Positions 54,871-64,000 of a stretch of 64,000 nucleotides of DNA are shown piece by piece (within the stretch, counting starts at the first letter, position 1; each line of letters begins with the position of its first letter). The DNA lies in assembly GCF_963921235.1 (NCBI RefSeq), contig NC_086097.1:168518001-168582000 (forward strand), in the 5' to 3' direction. The notes beneath the pieces are model-generated. The model was given only the letters and a program-made list of their open reading frames with translations. It did no database searches and had not been told where the DNA came from. The DNA comes from Mobula hypostoma (Eukaryota). Both the position numbers and the translations under genes were made by a program.

Positions 54871-55749
54871 CAGAAGTCAATGGGTTACAGCGACAGAAGA
54901 CCACAAACATACACTCATACAGAGGTAAATAATAAAGTGGCCACAGAGTGCATATTCCATTTGATAGGCTATTAAGAGAGAACTAGATGAGTGCACAAAG
55001 GTGAAAGACATCTTTGATAAATTCTTGATTAGTCAGGGCATGAAGAGATATGGGGAGAAGGCATGAAATTGGAGCTGAGAGGGAAATGGTTCAGCTATAC
55101 TCAATGGGCCAAATGGCCTTATTCTGCTCCTATATCTTAGTCTTATGACAAACTTAGAGGAAATGGTGGTTCATCAGGAGCAGGAGGGCCAGCATGGATC
55201 CAATGAGCCTTGCCACTAGAATTTCTGTGCAATTATTACATTTCGTTCTATGCATCATTTCATTATATTGAATCTGACATCTCATTGAAGCAGTTCAATT
55301 TGGCCTAGTTAACCTACTGTTGGTTCTTGTGGCTATCAGATTCAATCCTTTTATGCTTAAAAAAGCATTTGGAGATATTAAGGGAACTAAAATGGAAATT
55401 CAGGCCCTACACCACTGTCTACCAGGAAAAGTTGTGAACTGAGAATCACTCTACACTGTTAACCTGCATGGGCTTGTCTTGATCTCACTCAGGTCCTTCT
55501 GTCAGAGTAGGAAATATGTCCTCACCAAGTCTGATCCAGAATTTATTCCGACAAGGTGATCCTTAACCTCCCTTTGGAATACCCTGGGGCAATTAATGCC
55601 TTCCTGGCTTATGACACTCACATCCCATAAAAGAGCAACAGCCAGGAAAAACAAATATCAAACCAAACTGACTTATAGGTGATAGATAGAACTACTTATG
55701 TGGTGAGAAGGTTCCTCGTCCTGCATCCAAACAGGCTGCAGAGAGGTGC

Positions 55750-56075
55750 TGCTAGTGGAGTGGCTGCCTTATAGCTCCATAGACCAGGTTCTGTCCTAAC
55801 ACTGGTTGCTAAGGAGCTTGCACATTCTTCTGTGACCGTATGGGCTTCCTCCCATATTCAAAAGATGTGCGAGCAGGTAAGTTAACTGGCCACCATAGAC
55901 GGTCCTTAGTTGTGTAGGTGAGTGCTAAGATCTGGGAGGAGTTGAATAGAGTGTTGGTAGATCAAAAAACAGGCTTAATGTTGGATTGGTGTAAATGGGT
56001 GGTTTATAGTCAGTGTGGACTCAATGGGCTAAATAACCTGTTTAGTGCTGTGGCTTTTCTTCTCTATTACTCTAT
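55750..56075 (+). mobile_element. Decayed V-SINE/HE1-like SINE
   Basis: tRNA-like head, remnant V-domain (tgggcttcctcccatattcaaaagatgtgc), CR1-like tail. Confidence 0.55.
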
Positions 56076-56393
56076 AACTGTAAACACATTGCTCCAGAAT
56101 AGCACTGCTGTCAACTGGCAACTTTGCATTGATCTGGCAGATGCTAAAACCCTTGGCAATATGTCAGCTAGTGCAATTCACCACTCAAGTGCACTCAAGT
56201 GTTCTGACTATCATTTTGGAAGTCTATGGACTATCAGTAGCTCTTCTTAGGAAAGGGGAAACTAGCTGAAAGTTCATGCTGCAAAATTCAAGCTTGTCTG
56301 ATATACACTCCTGACTTCTAGTTGGCAGTTACCAGACCACCTTACAAGGGAATCAGGACTTTTGTGAATTCTGAAAAGATCTGCTGTACTCAC

Positions 56394-56480
56394 GGGATTT
56401 AATGGAGGACGAGAACGGATGAACTCCAGGATCATCTCATGGGCGCTCTTCTTCAATTTTGGAGGGATGTTCCCATTCAC
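56394..56480 (-). CDS. SPIRE1: SPIRE1 exon (about exon 7), 87 nt, [29 protein letters not shown] (WH2-C region)
   Basis: ctacag|GTG...CCC|gtgagt, phase 0/0; near-identical to recalled vertebrate SPIRE1 [29 protein letters not shown]. Confidence 0.96.
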
Positions 56481-58487
56481 CTGTAGGAGAGGATTGAGGA
56501 AAAGTCAGGTGGACATCACACAAACTTTGTAATTGGAGCAGGTGTGTAACAAAGTGTTGTACAGAAACATAAGAATGAAAGATTTCCAAGACGTACAAAG
56601 AACATGCAGTCAAATTGTAGTGGTGTCATAGACAGATAGATGCTGAAAAATTTCATGTGACATGAATCTCTTCACCAGGAGTGTAAATTGAACAAAATTA
56701 TCCATTGGATAATAAGCATCCTGAGTATATTTTCTCTTGCTGACCAATTCCCTGAAAGTCAATACATATTCAATAAAACGTCACATCCAATTAACCAATC
56801 GTGACACAACCACCTTACGCTAAAATTTCATGTGTTCTTAAATAAAACACAGTAAACACAGGTGTGAATCAGAGAGCTGGCTTTCTACCAGTAGCTTTCA
56901 CAAAGCATTGTTTCATACAACATGAGCAACACAAAACATGGCAAATAACTTTACAAAGTTAGCTTTCATCTCAATGTTATAACCATTCACCAGGGGAACA
57001 AGGACTTCCCACTTTTAAAAATGGAGGCAAACCATATGATCTCCATAAAATATCCCCTAATTTGTGTGGATTTTGGTATATGAATGTGATTCGCCAGGTT
57101 ATGAAGCCACAAAAGAGCAGAATGTCCTGAATTTGCAATTCCCTTAACCAGACATCTTCCACTCTTAACTCTTCCCATTCCTGACAGCATTGAGGGGTGG
57201 GGATTGATTGCCTGGAGGAGGCCCATTCATCTAATCCTTGTATAGTATCTTGGTACAGTAAAAATAATTAACTTTACATAGTGCCTATTTTAAATAATAA
57301 GATAAGTTATGCCTTTGCGTGGTTTGTTGCTTCATCTCGCATAGTTCTGCAATTACCTGGATCTTCTATTTACCCTCACGGATCACCACTCATTTCTCAG
57401 CAGAGAAAGGTACCATACTTAGAGTAAGTAGAAGGCCACAATACAACATGATTCATCTTTTGATTACCATCCAAGTTCTCAAAATCATGAGGCACATCAC
57501 ACTTTCTGCTGCCTGTGGCTACAAATCTGGGACCATAACTTCCTTTTAGTTGGATCAGATTCAATGCATGTGTGTCTGTAATCTTTGGATGGCAGTAACA
57601 CATCACTATCCTGCAGCTAACAGCTCGTAACACACTACTACAGCTGTACTTGTGGATCCTTTTCCTTTATTTTGAAGAAGTACACCAGGAAATGTACCAG
57701 GGCTAAGGGAGGGAAGTATCAGTGAATGGTGGTCCCTGACTGATGATCCTGCAGCACTGCTGGAGGTGTGGCGGGCAGCAATGCCAAGCAGGAAACAACT
57801 TCCTGTAAACCTCAATGAAATTGCAAACATTTCCACTTCAATCAAACTGTGATGAATCCAATCTGAGAGAGAACCACTTCAATACTTTACAGAGCACACT
57901 GCAATGATACAAAACAAAATTGTTCTAAGAACAGGCAAGTCTGTTTGTCACAGTGTTGTGACAATTTCAAAATGACAGGCACGGGTAACAAAGAGTGTGC
58001 ACACGACAGAGAGAGCGAGTGAGAGAGAGACGCAAAAGCAATCAAATTTCTGAACCGTCCATGAAGCCATGAATGCTACATCGCTACTCCACTTTTGCTT
58101 TATTTATTATAACTCACAGTGATTTTTATTTCTTATATTGTATTGCTGCCACAAGACAGTACATCTCATGACATATGTAGTAATAATAAACCACATTCTG
58201 ATTCTGAAAGGCTGTGAAAAGCAGAGCTGTAAGAAATGCATGCAGTAGGTGAGGCAAACCAGCTCAGAGAGAACAGCTGGATCAATATTACAGCAGGATG
58301 ATCTTCAGCAGAACGAGCCAGTTACACAATTACAGAGTCATAGGGCAGCAGACTCAAAGAGTATTACAGCATAGAAAGAGGCCGTTTGACCCAACATCTT
58401 TGTCAGCCAAGGTGGTCATCTAAGCTAGCTCTATTTGCTGGCACTTAGCCCACATCCCGTAAGCCTCAAAGTAAAGGCTAATTTATA

Positions 58488-58789
58488 TAAGTAAGGCATC
58501 CGTTAGTCTTGCGAGACCACGGTTTTCACTCTCCAGGGCGCAGGCCTGGGCAAGGTTGTATGGAAGACTGGCAGTTGCCCATGCTGCAAGTCTCCCCTCT
58601 CCACGACACCAATATTGTCCAAGGGAAGGGCATTAGGACCCATACAGCTTGGCACCAATGTCGTCGCAGAGCAATGTGTGATTAAGTGCCTTGCTTAAGG
58701 ACACAACACGTTGCCTCGGCTGGGGCTCGAACTCACGACCTTCAGCTTGCTAATCCAATGCCTTAACCACTTGGCCATGTGCCCACACT
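58488..58789 (-). mobile_element. tRNA-derived CORE-like SINE with 14-bp TSD
   Basis: A box tggccaagtgg, B box agttcgagcc; AAGGCTAATTTATA at 58474-58487 and 58790-58803. Confidence 0.88.
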
Positions 58790-59300
58790 AAGGCTAATTT
58801 ATACTTCTGTGTTAAATTGACACCGTAACCTACACAAGTGGCCTACGCGCATTGTGAGTATTTATATTTATGCGTTGATGTGTCTGCATCGCTCTGCAAT
58901 TCGCACATGTCGCACATGCGCACACACCTGCCCGCGCAAGGCTTCATGGTCTTGGTAGTCTTTCTTGGGGTAAACAAGTTTAAAGCGAGCGTCTTTTTTC
59001 GTGAAAGCGAAATGTGTCCTCCATAATTTCGGCGGTCTGTAAAGTTTTATGGAAAACATTGCAGCCAGAGTTCCTTCCCTGCCCTTCAGTCGCCCAATGG
59101 GAAGCTATTGCAGCGTAGGAGAAAATGCGATGCTACCAAGTGGACCAATCACAGCTGTTGCAGTCTGCGTTGCTGCGACGCATAGTTATATTTTGGGAGA
59201 GGTGCGCGTCAGGCTATGGCGTAGGGATCCACATAGGCTCTGTGTAGGGTTCGCGGCTACGCTGTACCTACGGCGTCAATTTGACACAGAAGTATAAATC
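58790..59300. mobile_element. MITE / non-autonomous DNA transposon (possibly PIF/Harbinger-like)
   Basis: Inverted repeats at 58797-58827 and 59269-59299 match at 29/31 nt; CpG-rich non-coding interior. Confidence 0.85.
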
Positions 59301-59660
59301 ATGATGGTATAAAATTAAGATGGGTATAGATAGAGTAAATGCAAGCAGGCTTTTTCCACTGAGGCTAGGGGAGAAAAAGACATGGGTTAAGGGTGAAGGG
59401 GGAAAAGTTTAAAGGGAACATTAAGGGGGGGCTTCTTCACACATAGAGTGGTGGGAGTGTGGAATGAGCTGCCAGGTGAAGTGGTAAATGCGGGCTCACT
59501 TTTAACATTTAAGAAAAACTTGGACAGGTACATGGATGAGAGCTGTATGGAAGGATATGGTCCAGGTGCAGGTCAGTGGGACGAGGCAGAAAAATGGTTC
59601 GGCACAGCCAAGAAGGGCCAAATGGCCTGTTTCTGTGCTGTAATGCTCTATGGTTCTAAT
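59301..59660 (+). mobile_element. CR1 3' fragment
   Basis: VVGVWNELPGEVVNAGSLLTFKKNLDRYMD. Confidence 0.85.
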
Positions 59661-61386
59661 GAACACAGATCCAACCTCTTTCTGCTCTCTTGATAGTACA
59701 GTCCTCGTGGGCACACATTCTTCATGAATTCTTCATAGAAAAAGTGATATTTGCACAACACCCAGCATCCAGTTCCAGGACAGAACAGTTAATGGAACAG
59801 GAGAGCAAGCAGTTATTTGTTGAACAGCCAATCCAATATAGACAATATAGATACATTTATTCACTGTATCTTTGTCTTTTACATTGTACACGTGGAGGAA
59901 AAGGGCCATGTGAAATGATAAAGCCTTTTAGTTATTTTTTGTTCATGGGATGCAGACATCCCTAGAAACACCAATCTTTATTGCTCATTCCTGAAATGAG
60001 GCCATTAAGAGTCAACCACATTGGTGCAGCTCTGACACTCAAGAAGCTCAGCACCACAAGAGCGGAGAATCCCATTGATTGGAATCCAGTCCACCTTCCT
60101 AACATTCATTCGTTCCGCCACCCCAGCACAGTGGCTGCTGCGTGCACCACGTAGGAAATGCACTGCTGTTACGCACCTCAGAGGTTTCAGGAGCATCTTC
60201 CAAACCAGGGAAGCAAGGGTGGCACAAGGAGGGGCACAGATTGCCCTCCAACTCAATCACCAAACTAACTTGGAAATGTAGGAATTTAACCTTTCCGGCT
60301 GATGATCCTCCTCCAGAAGAATCTGAACTGTAACTGTCTAACAGCACTAAGTGAGATCGCCTTTCCCACTAGGCTTGCAATGGTTCAAGAAGCCACTTCT
60401 TGGCAGGGATAGTTTAAGCTGGCCAATAGATGAAAGCCTTGCCAGCTACACCCTCACCCCATGAATAAATTAAACTTGTCCTCGGTTGAGTGTTATTACA
60501 TGACACAGATTTGTTCATGCTTGAGCAAACCAGTATACTTGTCCATTTTATTCCAGTCTGACAACAACTGCAATAATGAAGGCATTCAATCCTGTACAAT
60601 ATAGTCATTCTTCACTGTCACACTGTAACTGGAGAAAGGCAGTTAACTCCTTTCTTTGCTCCTTGTTTTAGAATCTCATTTAAAATTTTGCAAGAAAAAC
60701 ATTATGCTTTATATACAGAGCATCTGATTTCATTCTTTTACAACCTGCACTGCACTCTTGATGCCAATTTTTCTCCTGAATCATATGCCATAAGACATTA
60801 ATGGTTAAGTTACTGGTCCAGCATCAAAAGGCCTGGCTTATGGATCTAGTTTCACAACTTAAGAGTTTCACCATTGGACCTTAAATTTAATTAAATAAAT
60901 CTGAAATGAAAGAGTATGAACGATGTTGATCATGAAATTGTCAGACTGTTTGTAAAAAGCTGACGGGTTCACTAATGTCCTTAGAGTCACAAAGCATGGA
61001 TACAGGATGTTTGGCTGAACTTATCCAAGCCAACTATAATACCCTGGCAAGCTAATCTCACCTAACTGTGTTTGGCCCAGAGATTCTAAACCTCTCCACC
61101 CCATGTACTTATCTAGAAGTTTTTAAAATGTTGCTAATGTAGCCACCACATATTTCTGACAGCTCATTCCAATATGCACCATCTTTTGTGTGGAGAAGCT
61201 GCCTCTGATATGTCTTTTATATCTCTTGACCTTTATAGGAGGATCTCTGCCATCCTTACCCAGTGTGGTCTACCAATGTGTTAGTATCAATTGTGTCCTT
61301 CGCTCAGGGCAGTAAATACTGACCTCCAGTGGTCAATCTCATCCTTGAATCAACTTCATGCTTCGGTTGCCTGTACTGGTTTGTCA

Positions 61387-62285
61387 TATTACGTACCCCG
61401 TAACTGGGTTGCCAAACCAGCAGAAATGGATCACTCAGTTGGGAGTCTGGGGTACTAGAACTAAGAATGTTTTATTGAAGAAACAAGCAACACAGTAATC
61501 GAAAGGATAATAAATGCAACATTTCAGCGATGATTAACACACATGTGCACAGAATTAAGATAACAGCATCAATCAAACTCTATCGTTGTCTAGGGGTAAA
61601 TGACCAAATTTCAAAGTGACTCAAAGTTCAGTCCAGTTTAGTAGTTCAGTTCAGTTTAGTAGTTCAGTTCAGTTTAGTAGTTCAGTTCGCAGTAATCGTT
61701 GCCATGGCGATGGACAACGTGGGGGAAGAGAGAGAGAGAACGGGAACAACTGATCATTCAGAACGGCTTCACTCACAGACCGGCGAGATGGCTCACAAAC
61801 AGCTTATGGGCGGGTCCTTGGTGATGTCACCTGAGGTCACCGACTGTGACCCCTCCTCCAGATGCGGTCGATCCTCTGCAGTGAACCCGGCTCCCAGGCA
61901 AGGGCGGACACACACCGGGTTCCCGCTGATCGTACCTTTCCACCCTGGTCGTTGTCTGATACTTCTCACCCACTCGTGAGAGGCGCACCGCTTCCAGGGT
62001 CTTGTTACCTCGGGTGGCGTGTGTGTCTGTCTTAGCGAACCTGTCCCTTTTTATCCCCCTGCTGGGGTATCGCCTGTCCATCACTTCAAACAGTTCAGGG
62101 TTCAAAGGGGGAGCCGCTCCAGACAGCTCTCTCTCTCCCACGTCCCTTCATTACACATCTCCAGACGCTGCTCCATTGTTCCTTATCTCTCCTTCCCCTG
62201 AGGGCAGGTGGCAGACCAACTGCTGATGTCACTGATGCTAACCCAGGCCAGCAAACATCTTAATTTTATGTGTATTCTCGTAACA
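61387..62285 (-). mobile_element. Solo LTR (899 bp), probably Ty3/Gypsy type
   Basis: Inverted termini T(A)TTACG...CGTAACA; 4-bp TSD GTCA at 61383-61386 and 62286-62289; minus-strand GATAAAAA (62048-62055) and AATAAA (61471-61476). Confidence 0.88.
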
Positions 62286-62644
62286 GTCACTAGAGTTTTC
62301 CCCACAAACCTCAAACTATTTTATGGCAGTTAACTTATATCAGAATTCAGAAGTCACTGTTGGTGGAACACTTGCTCCCTCTCTAGTTTTGCATTGAATT
62401 GAAACCCACTTAAATCTCTCATTAACCTCCCTAGGCCAATGTCAATTTCTCTCACTGACTCTATTCATCAGCTATCTCTTTCCCCAGGAGAGTGTGAAAC
62501 GTGAGCAGGAGGAGATCCCTCGGGCTGCTCCACCATTCAACAACTGCGCCATTCCAGTGACATTCCCGCACTTCTTAATTCCCTCAATGTATCTCAACCT
62601 GGAATTTACTCACTTCCCCAAAGCCTTATTTATTTTATTTACAG

Positions 62645-62890
62645 ATAACAGAGTGGAACAGGCCCTTCGACTCAGGCCAGCAGCAACCCTAACCTAACCA
62701 TGGGACAAATTACAATGATCAATTTTCCTACTAACCAGTACGTCTTTGGACTGTGGAAGGAAACCCGAACACCCAGAGGAAACCCATGCATTAACGGGGA
62801 AGGACATAGAGACACCTTTTTGACGACGTTGCAACTGAACTCCAAATTCCCAAGCTGTAACAGTTATCACGCTAATCGCTGCACTACTGT
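62645..62890 (-). mobile_element. V-SINE (HE1-like); a weaker copy at about 29270-29520 on plus
   Basis: V-domain gcatgggtttcctctgggtgttcgggtttccttccacagtccaaagac. Confidence 0.8.
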
Positions 62891-63374
62891 GATGCCCTTT
62901 TGGGGGGAAAGAGAATTCCAAAGGACTCCAAATTCCTGCAGTGGATTCTATTACCACTGCTCTATAACCAGTCTCAAAGAGGGAAGCATCAGCTGTTCTT
63001 CTGATGAGAGGTTGTCCTGCCATTATTGACAGGGTACACCCTGGCAGGATGGCTTCCTCATGTTCCAGCGCTTCCACTCCAGCTCTGTGGATTCTGGAGT
63101 AGCAGCTGAAGCCAAAAAGGACAACAGTCTCTGCTAGAGAGGAGACAGGAGGTCCTTGATGGGATGGATGGTTCGGGAGGTGATATGCTCCTCTTTCCAC
63201 AACTAGAACAGTGCCCTGTCCACCAAAGGTGATGGCGAATTTCCAAATGGATGTCTGGTTCTGTTGAGAAGTGGCTTCCAAGACATAGTAAGTGGTGTAT
63301 GTTTTAGAGTGTCTTATCATGGGCCTTGCAAAAGGGGCAGGCTAGTGGGGGATACAAGTTTTGTGGAGGAGGAG

Positions 63375-64000
63375 GAGAAGATGGCGGCACGATGCAGCGT
63401 GCACAGCCTCTTCAGTGATGAATATCTGTAATCTGTCAAGTAGGAGGCCGTGCACAATTCTGATTTGATGGAGACAGACATGAGAGCACGGAGGAACATC
63501 TGGTGAAACTTCTGAAATGCCTGTTTCGCTGCCGCTGCTACTGTATGATCTGAAATCTCCAGAGGGGAAGGCCCCAAATCCTCGGCCTTGCCTGTTGCTT
63601 GGCAGCCGGGGCTGGAGTCGAAGCGCTTGGCAGAGATGGTGCTCAGTGCTCGGTGTCGGAGGGCTGGTCAGAGCCTCGAAGTTTTCGAACGACTCACGAG
63701 TCGGACTGTGGTCGGGTGCATCCAGGATGCTGCATCGGCAAGTTTGCGGCGCTGGAAGCTCATGGCAGCTTCCTTCTACCGTCTGCGTGAGATGTTGGGG
63801 CTGTCGGGACTTTGAGACTTTTTTTACCATGCCCATGGTCTGCTCTTATCAAATTATGGTATTGCTTTGCACTGTTGTAACTATATGTTACAATTATGTG
63901 GTTTTTGTCAGTTTTAGTCTTGGTCTGTCTTGTGTTTCTGTGATATCTTACTGGAGGAACATTGTATCATTTTTTAATGCATGCATTTCTACAAATGTAA
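63375..64000 (+). mobile_element. Non-autonomous LINE-derived element with CpG-rich 5' part and Rex-like AT-rich tail
   Basis: Begins AAGATGGCGGC; ends tgctttgcactgttgtaactatatg...gaggaacattgtatc; no credible ORF. Confidence 0.5.

Noticed and set aside
58710..58789. tRNA gene (also 11570-11641)
   Set aside because: A/B boxes are SINE heads followed by body, tail and TSDs; no convincing cloverleaf
56481..64000. Upstream SPIRE1 exon encoding WH2-A/B
   Set aside because: No matching sequence found by eye; probably beyond the window end

Overview
Eukaryotic, repeat-rich genomic DNA from a vertebrate, most likely a cartilaginous fish. The CR1, Rex1/Babar, Penelope and V-SINE mix looks like a ray, but that assignment is an inference. 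The whole window lies inside one minus-strand gene, the actin nucleator SPIRE1. I could read nine consecutive phase-compatible GT-AG exons (87, 130, 42, 164, 91, 143, 174, 138 and 71 nt), matching mammalian exons 7-15 as I recall the numbering. They encode WH2-C, WH2-D, the myosin-V binding motif (GTBM), the Spir-box and the start of the FYVE-type zinc finger. Four of these exons (130, 42, 91, 71 nt) are absent from the ORF track. Both alternative cassettes known from mammals are present and intact: the 42-nt exon 9 and the 174-nt mitochondrial-anchor exon 13 (ExonC). Introns are filled with decayed and often nested LINEs, SINEs, a MITE and a solo LTR. I found no prokaryotic features and no convincing wholly new gene system. 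The best leads are the deep conservation of ExonC, a modular SINE family and a teleost-like L2 element. Exon boundaries were read base by base. Most TE boundaries are approximate, and TE family names come from motif recognition rather than a database search.
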